Of a stretch of 64,000 nucleotides of DNA, positions 1 to 11,550 are shown piece after piece (within the stretch, counting starts at the first letter, position 1; each line of letters begins with the position of its first letter). The notes under the pieces are model-generated. The model saw nothing but the letters and a program-made list of their open reading frames with translations. It searched no databases and was not told the DNA's origin. This DNA is from Podarcis melisellensis (Eukaryota): the NCBI GenBank assembly GCA_964234715.1, contig OZ174278.1, one strand, 5' to 3'. A program made the translations under genes and the position numbers.

Positions 1-1892
1 GCAATCTGCCTAACCAACACAATCAGTGGAAGCAAGTCCCATGCAAGAACTTCCAATTGCTCAATGGGTCTCTGCCTTCACTCCCTGCCCCCATGTCCCC
101 AATGCTATTTCAAAACAATGGGGGGTAGGAAGGGATTGTACCAACAGAAAGAGTGGAATAACATTTTAAATTGCTCATAGAATTTTTTATTGGTAGTATG
201 AATCACCTAGTGTTCCCTTTGGGAAGAAAGGGTGGGTTATAAATTTGAAGAAGAAGAAATGAATGTGTAAGCCAATAAATGTTTATTGGGATGTAAATGT
301 ATCTACTGCTGGACTTTGCCCTAGAAAGGAAAAATATAATCTTGATTAACTGGGCCTGCAGAACACAGGCAAATGCAGCAATAGTTAAAAGGTGAAGTGT
401 CTGTCTCTGAGCAGGGTGAATGAGGTACTTCAAGTAATCCTATCAAAGGAAACACTAACTTGAAGAACAGTGGGTGGAATTCACTTAACGAAGTGCACAA
501 GGACCTCTGCTTATGCAGTGGGGCTTTTCCTCTTCTCCTTCCCGCCACATGCTCCTCCCCCTGAAATTGGCTCCAGGTGGTTAGGGGAATGCCAGAACAT
601 CTCACAAGGGGAGGAGAGTGGGAATCATTCCATCTGGTAAACCACAATGGTTGTCCTAATGGAACGTTTCTCATAGTGCAACACTGAAGCCCCAGCACCA
701 CCATTGTTTGTTTAGATCTTGTGTACCCTGAGGGCAGATGATCTGCATTAGAGTCAAAATCAGCCATGACATTTTTGAGACAGAGATGGACATTTTTGGC
801 TTGATGGGCTATAGAATGACAGCAGAGCAGAGCTCGCTGTCAATATACCTATCACAGGCCAAGACTGCACTGCTAAAGCAGATTACGAATTTGCAAGCCC
901 CAGCCCTACATGTAGCATACTGTGCAATACATTGGGTAGCCCCCATGATCCTGCTAGCTTTCTACCTGCATACCTGTTTTTGCTTTATAGTCATCTAGAA
1001 GCATAGGATTTGTTAGCATCGAAGACAAGAGTGTAATAGTTTGTCCTGGCCTCCTCACCCTGGTGCCAAATTCATTCAGCTGATTAACTTCTAGGATTCA
1101 GTTGCAAATGGAGCTTAATTCTATGGTTGCAGTTACTGAGTTTGGTAAAGACAAACCTGTATGGCAAGCCTGAAAACACTTAGGTGAATATGCATTTTCC
1201 TTTCCTAGGTTCATTTTAAGTGCTTCAGCTTAGGCACTCTGTGGTGTATTTAATTTGTCTTAACTATACAGCTAATCCAAGAAGGATTGTTAATTATTTG
1301 GGCCAGCATGCATTAGCAGTGGCTTTCCATTGTATTTGGCTGCTGAGCTTTGATCCTTTTAGCTCCCATTCCCAGCAGGATCTGAGTTTAGCTCCAGCTT
1401 TCTCTTCTATGATTTTCCTTCTGCATAAGAGTAGAGAAGACATTAATCAGCTGTGATCCTGCTGAAAGTCCTAGTTCTACTTTCTGTCACCCAGAAAAGG
1501 CCTCCTTCCATGTACCAGGACTTTCTGCCTTTTGAACTTCCAGCATTCAAAATCCCTACCTGATTGAATCCCAGAACTCATGTTTGCCAATCATTACTCT
1601 TGGTTCAAGGTATTTGATTCTCCTGCCTGCACCCAGTTGAGAATTTTTACAGGGAACAAAAGTTGCCTGCTGATATAATTGGAACATGATCCATACCACC
1701 ATGATGTCCTCAGTCAACTACATTCAGCAGTGCTGTGTAAGGCCCTCCCTGCTGAAACATGAGAAGCCTCATCAGAACTGACATTCTGCTGGCACACCTG
1801 TTCAGGCCCTGAACTTTAACCTCTTGGTTGAATTGTTCTTTTAACTGAGCTTTTTAATGGTGTGTTTCATTGTATATATTTATGAATGTTTT

Positions 1893-2190
1893 ATTTTTTT
1901 ATAATTTTTATTACATTTCTGCTTTACATTTTAGAATATTCACTTAAACAACCTTAAAATATCAATGACTTCCCTTCCTCTCTTTCCATGGTTCATTTAG
2001 CACAACATAAATACCTGCATATTTTATATAAACTTAACCATTCAGTATTCCATTATTATATCCATCAAAACTTATTTACACTGTTGAATTTATCTTAATG
2101 CTGCCCACGTTTTCAAATAAACACAATTTAACTCCATATATTCAATAAACATTTTCCAATCTTCTTTAAATGTATGTTCTTCTTGTTCGT
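1893..2190 (-). mobile_element. L1-clade LINE 3' end (ORF2 C-terminus, 3'UTR, A-rich tail)
   Basis: The minus strand reads EQEEHTFKEDWKMFIEYME, typical of the reptile L1 ORF2 C-terminus. A T-rich run on + at ~1893-1910 corresponds to the A-rich tail. Confidence 0.65.
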
Positions 2191-2418
2191 TGTTTTGATG
2201 GAATTCTTTTATTGCACATTTTAATTAAGTGTGGATATTTTATAATTGATTTTATACCTGTAAACTGCTAAGAAGGCATTTTTGCATATAAACAGTATAT
2301 AAATTTGAAAATGATGATGTTATTTAGGATCAGGCCTGCAGTTGCTTTCTGGGGGAAATCCTTCCCTGTGTGAGGGAAGCACTATTATATAGAGGAATCT
2401 TTCCATAAGGCAAGTGTG

Positions 2419-2530
2419 GGGAACTTTGTCTCTCCAGATGTTGCTGAACTAGAACTCTCAAGCCCCAGCAAGCTTACCCAATGGCCAAGGACAATGGAAG
2501 TTGTAGTCTGGCAACATCTGGAGGACTGCT
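2419..2530. mobile_element. Degraded palindromic hAT-type MITE (same family as 35358-35493)
   Basis: Inverted arms CTCCAGATGTTGC...GCAACATCTGGAG, similar to the intact copy at 35358. Confidence 0.55.
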
Positions 2531-3564
2531 TCTGTATTCCTGCCATAATGTATAACAGAGCCCTGTTTCTCCTCATCCTCTCTTGGTGACTGAACAGGGG
2601 CATGCATGTGGGCACCACACCAATAAGACCTGTGCTCTTCTCTCATATCCTTCTGTTTCTTAACCAAGGAGGGTGGGACAGGATGTTAGAGGACTGTGTA
2701 GACCATTTCCCTGTAATGCACCACCAAGGGGAAGAAAGATGCAATATAAGGATTTTTATGCCATATGGAAACCACTCTGTGTGCAGATGCTCTGTCTGAG
2801 TGGGTAAGATCATCCCCATGATGAACATTTCTGCAGATATATATAACTATATTTTGCCATCTGTAATTCAAGTAGTAAATGAGGGATCTTTGGCAGCAGT
2901 AGATACCTTAACATATTTTGTTCATGGCAGTGGTGGGATGGTTTGGTATTATGATATATATTTGGAATTGGGTTTTTTTTTCATAGAGAGTAGAGCAAAT
3001 TATAGTACTGATTCTAGATATCTATATTTAAATTCACATTTTCCAGTTAGCTGAACACTAGCCCTAGCTACCTCCAGAAATGGTGCATGTATTATAAAAA
3101 AACAGAAAAGAGCTGACTTTTCATTGTATTTCTGCTATATTTTTCCAAAAATGTTTAGTATTTGTTAGATTGTCTGTTAGAGGGTTAGTGACATCAAGTT
3201 TCAAGAAGGGACAAACTTCCTTTGTCATATTCTCCAAACTCTGCTTAAAATTAACATGACAATATTCTGAACCCTGTAATTATAGAAGACGTCATCAAGA
3301 TACTTATGCAAATATTTTGAATACATGTAATTATGGAGAAAGAAAAAAATGTCATTCAAGATAACAGGTGCCACTTCCTGGGGTGCTTTTGCTATGAGCA
3401 GCAGCAAGCTGCTATGATTCTACCAAGTGATGGAGATCAAACTAAATTTTAATAAGCTACAGAGTGGCATTCAGCCAATAGAACCAAATACTCTTTAACT
3501 TGGGTTACATATGCAGGTTTTAATTTTTTGAAGACTTTTTAAAGATATGCAACTATACTCTGCA

Positions 3565-3701
3565 GGCTGTTAGCTCAGTTGGTTGAGCATGGTGATGATA
3601 ACATCAAGGTCGTGGGTTTGATCCCAGCTGCATATTCCTGCATTTCAGGAAATTGGACTAGATGAGCCTTTTGGTTGTTTCCAATTCTACAATTCTATGA
3701 T
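3565..3701 (+). mobile_element. tRNA-derived SINE with CR1-type 3' tail
   Basis: A-box TAGCTCAGTTGG, B-box-like GGGTTTGATCCC, and tail GGACTAGATGA...TTCCAATTCTACAATTCTATGA resembling the CR1 3' end. Confidence 0.7.
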
Positions 3702-4069
3702 CTAAGAATATGATTTTTAAAATAAAAATTGCTTTAAAACAAACTTTCCCAACCAAGTGCTCTCTAGATGTTTTGGACTACAGCTCCCGTGATCGCTGAC
3801 ATCTCCATACAAGTGCACAGTTGCCAATTGAATAGTAACCACTGGTGGTGTCAGTTGCGTGCGAAGAGGCCACCACTCATTTAGCAACAAGGCACTTGCA
3901 TAGGGCTGACTGCAGTAGCACCACCTCATGGGCCAAGAGATAAGAGTGGTGATGACCTTCCCACTATGATTCAGTTTCAGCCACTGAACCACCTCTCTAG
4001 GCACCACTGCATGGCATGTATGAAATAGTGTTATACTTATTGCAGTAAGCCTGATCTATCCAGATTGAT

Positions 4070-4610
4070 TCAGGTATGTCCTGACAGTTGGTCCGAAGGC
4101 CTTCTTCATGCCTCTGTACATTCTGTGCATGTTGCCAATGTCGGCAGCAAGTTAGATACTCTGACACAGCTTTGCCCAGTAGTCACTGGCACATTGTCTG
4201 GCAGTCCGCTGGGCATCACTCATTGCCTTTGTCAATGTATCAAGTGCCTTTTCCCAGGTTGCATGCTTGTAGTTCACAAGAGCCTTGTGCTTTGCAATGA
4301 TAATAGGCTCTATGTTCTTTGTGCCAGCCTCAAACCAGTCAGAGATCTGTTACTATAGCTGAGCTGAAACAAATCTTCCATGAAAATATGGTTCCAAAGG
4401 TTCCATCACCCAACTCCAAAATGTCCCTCACTGTCTGCCCTTAGCTCTCACTTCATAAGTGGTTAGATTTATACCACAGCGTGCGCACAGTGGCAGTGCT
4501 CCTATTCTCTGGCAGAAGCTGCATCCTAACAGCCCTCTGCCCCACCAGAGTGTTTGGATTGTAGCCCTAGGTTACCTGCAAACATTTGTTTTACCCTGTG
4601 TGCCCCCCAC
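4070..4610 (-). mobile_element. Degraded RTE-clade LINE fragment (non-BovB), ORF linker between endonuclease and RT
   Basis: 4346->4070 translates ISDWFEAGTKNIEPIIIAKHKALVNYK...AQRTARQCASDYWAKLCQSI*LAADIGNMHRMYRGMKKAFGP, a characteristic RTE ORF segment with one in-frame stop. The extension to ~4610 is less certain. Confidence 0.8.
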
Positions 4611-7600
4611 CCTATCTAGTAAATCCAAAATAATTCAACTGAAGATGCTGGAGTAATTCTACAGTGAAATGACATAACTGGAAAGGAAGATGAATCTAAC
4701 TTCATAATATCCTAATGGGAGATATGAGACATTTCAAGTGCAAAGGGGGTGGGTAATTGGTCCTAAGAAAGGCAAGAAGTTGATTAGAACTTACACCTAG
4801 TGCCCCAACCTTTTAGGAGTTGTAATGTCTTTATTTCCCAAAGTCTAACAGGAGAAGACAAATAAGCAAACCAAAGAATAATGTACAAAGGACAAATACA
4901 AGCCTGTCTGGTTGTTAGTAGAGAAATTGGTAGTTTAATGGATGAATTCACCTCATTTATCCCCTACAGATAAATTACTGGGTAGCCTTCCTATCACACA
5001 AACTCATAAAAGCAATTCACAAAAGATCAAAAAATCAATTTCTAGTCCCCCTGGTGAACTATCACCATATTATGTCTAGAGAGCAGCAATTCCACCCTTA
5101 ATTGTAAAATTCTTGGCTTTTCAGGACCTGTTGAAATTGTTCTTATATTGCGGGATGATGGCTAAGCCTTTTCCTTAGTCACTGACAAGTATGAGAACAA
5201 TTAACTATGAGCCAAATTGTCATCCTGTGCAAGCAGGCGAGACAGAACCAAAAACAATCCCTTTGTAAATCTTTAAAAATTTTAACACGTTACAAATCAG
5301 TATTGAAAAACTCCACAGAAAACCAGGCACAATTTTCTTGGAAAGGTACTTATGTAGTTGGAGGAGATTAATTTATAAACTGCTTATAGGCCAAAATAGC
5401 TTTTAAGTGATTTACAACTATAAAATCAATCCATAACAGAGGTTGCATAAAAGTAGATTTGACACTCTTCCATAATAACAATAACATGATTTTCTTGTGG
5501 TAATGATGGGATGGGGAAATGTGCTGGAAAGTGAGTAATAATGGCAACATAATCTTTGAGCAAACAAATAATAATAAATGTTCAATTAACAGCAACATCA
5601 TATAACCTCTGCACAAATTTTGTGCAAACAAGTCACAGTGAAAGCTCAATAAACAGGTCATCTGGAAGAACCCTAAGTTTGTTTTTATAACTAAAATAAT
5701 GATCAATGTGCATTGATCTTTCTGTAGAATTATGTTCATTTTTAAAAAAACCACCCTCCTACAAAATGTTGCTTAAAAACACACACATGGACATTTTCCT
5801 ATCTGAATGCATTGCTATAATTTCCATCAGCTGACCAAGTAATGTAGGCACAATAACTTCCAATTGTCACTCATCAATGGATGATTCGTTACTGTAGTTT
5901 CACTTCTTTGCTGCAAGCATTTTAGCTGCTGATAGCATATTCCCCACTCATTTTCTTTTTTCACATTTTATGACATCATTAATATAAGGACTCAAAGCTG
6001 TGCACCAGCCACAACAATTCATTTAGACCTCCTTCCCTTCAGGAATCAGTCCTTCTCATTCTGAGGAGCTTCATAGGCTCCAAGTTTGTTTGAATCCAAT
6101 TTACCCTCCCCACCTGCTTCGATATTAGAAAATTAACAAGTGGTTATAATGTTCTTCTCGCCTTAGGACAGAACAGGATAAAATTTGCAGACATGCATTT
6201 TAAGAGTGGATAAAACATGTCAAGTTACAGGCAAAAAGGTCCAGGAATTTTTGTGCTGGACACTATTCAAGTTTGACTTTTTTAAAAAGAAACTTTGATA
6301 AATTTTTATGGTATAAATATGGCACAAATATTTATTAAATGAAATTTGCAGGCCAGGTTGACTCTTCCAAAAGGCTTGAAGGATCGTTGAAGTGTTTTCC
6401 TACAAGGACAGACATGACAGTTTCGGGATCAACTAATCCCATTATTATTTGGAAATAATAATGAAAAGCAGTAACTTCTTTCCTTTAGACAAAAATCAAC
6501 AATAGCAGCCCATACAGGTTTTGGATGTGTAAAATAAGAATCACTTGATCTCATCTTGGTAGCTAATTTCTGACATGTTTCGATTGCTTCTTATAATTTC
6601 GCAATTCCACTATATCTATACCAATATCTTTCTATAGATATATGATCTGCATTTTCTGTTTGACATTTCCAGACTCAACCATTGGTGGTGCTATATATTC
6701 ATTTTTTCCCCCTTATAGTTATGTCATATCATTGGAAGACAATCCCACAAAGGCATTGTAGCATTTCACACAGTGTTTAGAAATAAGTAAGCATCATCCT
6801 GGAGATCCATAACACACATTTTTAAAAAATGAATGTGAATTCATTAATGCAAATCTCCTTTGCTGGAGAAATTTTAGCAGAAACCTATGAGTCATCTGCC
6901 AGGGATGATGTACTGTCCTTTCAAGGTTTCATCCTAGTTCATGGGGTAGAAATAGATGGCATCCAGCATCCAAGTCTAAAATCCTATAATACTATGATCC
7001 TTAGGTGACTTACTCACTGTATTATAACATAATGAAGTAGGCATATCCTTTAACATTTTCTGTACACAATATTCTCAAGTGGTATAAACTGGCTTAGGCT
7101 CTTTGAAGTCAGCAGATCTGAAGTGGCATGCCCCTGCTAAGCATGTGGGAATAAGAGTCCTAGGAAGCAGGGCTTTGACTCATCCTGGGGGTAAGAAGCC
7201 TTGTATGTGGCCTTAATTGAGATGTTTTGCAGGCAGTAAATTGCTGCTTTGCAGTGAGCTCCTCTAAAGCCCACTATTGGTTTGCAAGTTCTTGGAAATA
7301 ATTACTGTTGATACAACATCTGCTCTTTGAAAGACAGCAGTTGTTATTTGTGTTTTATTTTTATTTTTTAAGGCATTTGACTTGCCCCCAGGCTCTTATA
7401 CAAATCCTTTATGCAAACAAAATCTAGCTAAAATTAATCTTTGGAAACAAACGCAGATGCCCTAAGCTTCCACTTGACATTAGAACCTAGTTCTCCTCCT
7501 CTTCTCCTTCCTAATTAATGGAGCTGAACCTTTCAGCTTTTTCTTTAGAAAAACAGAAAAGCAAAAGGGGGGATTTTTTCATTATAACCCCCCCCACACA

Positions 7601-9088
7601 CATTTGTTGGGGAGGGAAGGAAATCTGAAAACAAAGGTGGGTGGCAAGCTGCATACTAGGACAAGCAGCAATGGAAATGTTAGAATTTTGCTCTCTTCTT
7701 TTTTAAAAAACTGAGTTGCTCTACAGAACCCAAACTGTGATGGAGCTGCAATCAATGGTCCTTTTGTTCCTGAGTCATATTCACACTATATTATGATGCA
7801 GTGCCATCCCAGGGCCCTCAAGGGAGGAAAAATATGGTAACCCCAAACTTTTTAAATGGATACAATCTATACAGTACTCCTAGCATTTTTTGTAAATATG
7901 ATGCATTCTTCAGTTTGTTCTACCTGAATTCTTTTGTTTTGTGTTGGCTTGGTGAGATAAAGGAGAATGTAAGCTAACAGAGAAAAGCTTCAGTTATTAT
8001 TTTCACTGTTGTTCTGTTGGGAGATTTAAAAATAGTTTTGGATCTAGGCAGAGTAAACCAAGCCTGCCTGAATTCCAGTGGGAAATATAGCTCAGTAGCC
8101 CCACATTTAACCAAGAAGGTGGTTTCTCTGCTCACCATCTCTCTCATCTCAGATAGTGCAGGAACTGGGATGAGGGCTCCCAAAGAGTATGTTAGTTAGA
8201 TTGAATGGATACATAATCCTGTACCTCAGATGCCTGGATGTAAAATGTGTAGTGAATGATGGTTGCAGTCACAAGCCTAGTGCCTTCATCAAACGACAAA
8301 CCATCTCAGATTCATTCAGTTCCATATCATTACTGTGCTGCTTTGAACATGTAAGTTTAATCAAATTTATTTTTAGATGCATGGGACATTGAAACAAACA
8401 AACCATGGAACAGTAATGGCAAAAGCCCCAAAGGAGCCAACATTGTTATGAGCATTTTCAATAGCTATTTTTTGTCATTAGGTTCTAATGTGATGTAGAG
8501 AGAAACTAAGATATATAAACTGATAAAACAATAAGATCACCCTCAGCGCAATTTAAGTTCTGTGTTTCAGGAGGGTAGAGAATACAACAGATACCATGCT
8601 AGACTGAGGAATGCAAACTGCTGCAAGGCAAAGCCACTGGCTTGCAAGTGAATCAATACGGGTGTCTAAAACACAATCAAATCAGGATGCAGGAAGAAGG
8701 ATGATTGCCATATGGCTATGCCAGAGAGCAGCTTGCTTTTGGGGCTTGCTTTGGGCCATTTTGCATAAATGATTCAAAGAGCAAATTATTAGCAGAAACA
8801 CCCACTAAAAGTGTTTTCAAACACTATAGTGATGAAGTTAGATAGACAATGTAACTGCCTCAGGGTGAATTCCCTTACCCATGGGGTAATTTGGTTATCT
8901 GCACTATCTTGCTAAGTGGGAAAGGACCATTGTACCAACATCATGTATAAGTAAATTGCAACTTTAATCCTAAATATATTTATGACACTGTAAGCCCCAC
9001 TGAACACAACTAAACTAACTTTGGAATAAAAACGTGTGGAATAAAATCGTTACTGGGATGGGCTCCATCTGATACTTTGAACACATTG

Positions 9089-9334
9089 CAGTCATACCTT
9101 GGGATAAATATGCTTCAGGATAAGTATTTTCGGGTTGCACTCCGCGGCAACCTGGAAGTAACGAAGCACGTTACTTCTGGGTTTCGCCGCTCAGGCATGC
9201 GTAGACAGTCAAAATGCGCGGAAGTGGCAAAATGCAATCCGCACATGCACAGACGCACAGTCGCATCTTACGTTCTGTTCAGGATGTGAACGGAGCTCTG
9301 GAATGGATCCCGTTCACATCCCGAGGTACCACTC
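9089..9334. mobile_element. Tc1/mariner (pogo/Tigger-like) MITE
   Basis: Degenerate TIRs CAGTCATACCTTGGGAT / ATCCCGAGGTACCACTC followed by TA, an internal palindrome GAAGTAACG..CGTTACTTC, and similarity to 19349-19589. Confidence 0.7.
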
Positions 9335-9631
9335 TACTTAACAGCTTCATTGTACTCAAGAGAATCACATCATGTGGTTTTTGAGGAACTGCTTCATATT
9401 GCAGATTGTGGATTACATGTGGATGGTTCAAGAATGCTTTTAAAAGTTTAAAGCAACCACAAAACCACCCTTTAGTCACCTCACTTCACCATAGGAAGCC
9501 CCCCCCCGATATCTCCCCTCCCCCCAAAAAATAAAAATTCCCAGTGTTTACAGGTGAATAAGTGGACACACAAAATGAGTGGAGTAGTTCAGTCTGCCTT
9601 AATTAGTATTATTTAGTCATAGTTAAGTCTT

Positions 9632-9697
9632 GCCTGGCGTGCTCTGGTCCATGGGGTCACGAAGAGTCGGACAAGACTAAACGACTAAACAACAACA
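9632..9697 (+). mobile_element. BovB (RTE) LINE extreme 3' end, 5'-truncated
   Basis: GCCTGGCGTGCTCTGGTCCATGGGGTCACGAAGAGTCGGAC...(CAA)n tail. TSD AAGTCTT at 9625-9631 and 9698-9704. Confidence 0.85.
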
Positions 9698-9908
9698 AAG
9701 TCTTACTGAAAGCAATTGAAGGGTCAGTCATTGTAATGTTTAGAAATTCATTCTGTTATTTCCTCCTGTGGAGTGTACCTTCAGACCACATCCTGGGAAG
9801 TACTTGTTTAGATATTAAGATTGTTACAATAATGATACTTTGACTATGGATTCTCTTTGCATTTTCCTTGGTCCCTAGAGAATCACAGAGTCATACTGTG
9901 CCCAGTCT

Positions 9909-10130
9909 CAGTTACAGATAGGTAGCCGTGTTGGTCTGCCATAGTCAAAACAACAAAATTCCTTCTAGTAGCACCTTAAAGACCAACTAAGTTAGTTCTT
10001 GGTATGAGCTTTCGTGTGCATGTACACTTCTTCAGTGTGCATGTCTGAAGAAGTGTGCATGCACACGAAAGCTCATACCAAGAACTAACTTAGTTGGTCT
10101 TTAAGGTGCTACTAGAAGGAATTTTGTTGT
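9909..10130. mobile_element. Penelope-like element (PLE) pseudo-LTR remnant in inverted arrangement
   Basis: Starts GTTACAGATAGGTAGCCGTGTTGGTCTG. It has 87-bp inverted arms (9949-10035 / 10045-10131, one mismatch) and a 12-bp TSD TGTGCCCAGTCT at 9897-9908 and 10131-10142. Confidence 0.85.
10042..10079 (+). ncRNA. Minimal type I hammerhead ribozyme-like motif within the PLE (antisense twin at ~10001-10038)
   Basis: CTGAAGA core, stem II GTGTG-CATG-CACAC, GAAA, palindromic AGCT, UC cleavage triplet position and ATACC. Stem I is only weakly paired in this copy. Confidence 0.55.
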
Positions 10131-10908
10131 TGTGCCCAGTCTGTTTGGGAACTGGATAAAAGTCTATAATTCCCAGTTACTTTCTGATGGGATACTTTAG
10201 TATCTTTATCACAATTAGTAATTTTCCTTTCAAGATACTTGGAAGTTACTTTCAAGTAAATATGTTTATGAATGATCTGCTATACTCTGAAAGGTTTTCT
10301 ATAACAGCATCATACACACAATTGCCATTTTCATGCAGATAACAATCTAGTAAACTACAATGAGATTTCTACCCAGATGCATTATTAAATGTTTCCCTTT
10401 GAAATATCATCTTGTCAAAAGGAGAAAAATGTTAATAGATATCTTGATTATTATTTCTCTCAACCACATTCTTGGAGCATTGTGTTTCCAATGCTTTTAT
10501 TCATCCAACCCACACTTCATCTCTCCCTCAAAAAATTCTTGAGAAACAAAATCTCTTTTTCATTCATGGAACTTTGAACCTTAGTGAACCATATGTGCTA
10601 GAGGAGTATTGAGCAAACATAATTCAATATAACTGATAATTGCCTGGTAGATGTTGTTAGGAATACATTTTCTACAGAATGTGTTAAAGAATAGGATGGC
10701 TAGGATAATGAGGTGTAGTGAAAGGGCAAAGAGAAGACTATGATGAGCTAGTTTGTACAGGACTTTTTTATATTAGAAAAAACTCAATGGGGGATAGTGC
10801 ATGCCTCTGTATATGTGTGTGCATGCAATGGTGAGTGAAAACTTCATTTGTTCTGATTTGAAACTGGGGGAGCAAAATAATTGGGAGTAAGTGGGATACT
10901 GAATGTTA

Positions 10909-11057
10909 CCGTATTTTTTGGTGTATAAGTCTAGGTTTTTTCCCTAAAAAATAATGTCCAAAATTTGGGTAGCTCTTCCCCCATTTTCTTAAATTGGATC
11001 CCCCCAAAGTAGGGGGCGTCGTATACATGGGGGTGTCTTATAGACGGGGAAATACAG
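10909..11057. mobile_element. Tc2/pogo-like MITE, short form
   Basis: TA-CCGTATTTTT...GAAATACAG-TA ends, with TCTTATAGACG subterminal motifs shared with 60956-61615. Confidence 0.75.
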
Positions 11058-11429
11058 TATTTAGCATAAGTACCATGTAAGTTAGAACTTTAGAAAATAA
11101 GTTAGAAGGCACTATATTTCTAAACTGACCTTCCTCCCATAGGAGGCCAGGGTGGTTTACAGCATAGTGTAATAAAACAATATGCCACAAACAAGAACAG
11201 GTAAAACTAAATATATAATGCAGCAGACATGAAATATTGCTGAGCATCAGGTCGTCTTTCTAAGCAAACAGATGTTTCTTCCATTGACACTGCACCATCA
11301 AAAATGAAGCAACCTATCCATGTGGAGAAAATTCTATACTCGGGTGCCACAATGGAGAAGGTCCTATTCTGTGTTACCAAACAATAGGACAACCCACAAA
11401 GCACATTCTCTCCTACTGTTTGTCTCTTT

Positions 11430-11550
11430 GGGCAGGGCCTTAGAACAGTGAGAAGGCGCATCTTTTGCATAAAGAAGGTTCCCGTTTCAATCTCCAGGGA
11501 GGACTGAGAGACATCTCTACTTGAGTGCCTGGAAAGCTGCAACCAATCAT
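11430..11550 (+). mobile_element. Degraded tRNA-derived squamate SINE (Squam2-like)
   Basis: TTTGCATAAAGAAGGTTCCCGTTTCAATCTCCAGG...CCTGGAAAGCTGC resembles 63351-63543. Confidence 0.5.

Noticed and set aside
3565-3630. tRNA-like sequences (also 54395, 55052, 59574, 63351)
   Set aside because: These are SINE heads: no intact cloverleaf, and each is followed by a SINE body and tail.
9949-10131. Possible pre-miRNA hairpin
   Set aside because: Fully explained by a Penelope inversion with a TSD. The stem is too long and too perfect for a canonical pre-miRNA.
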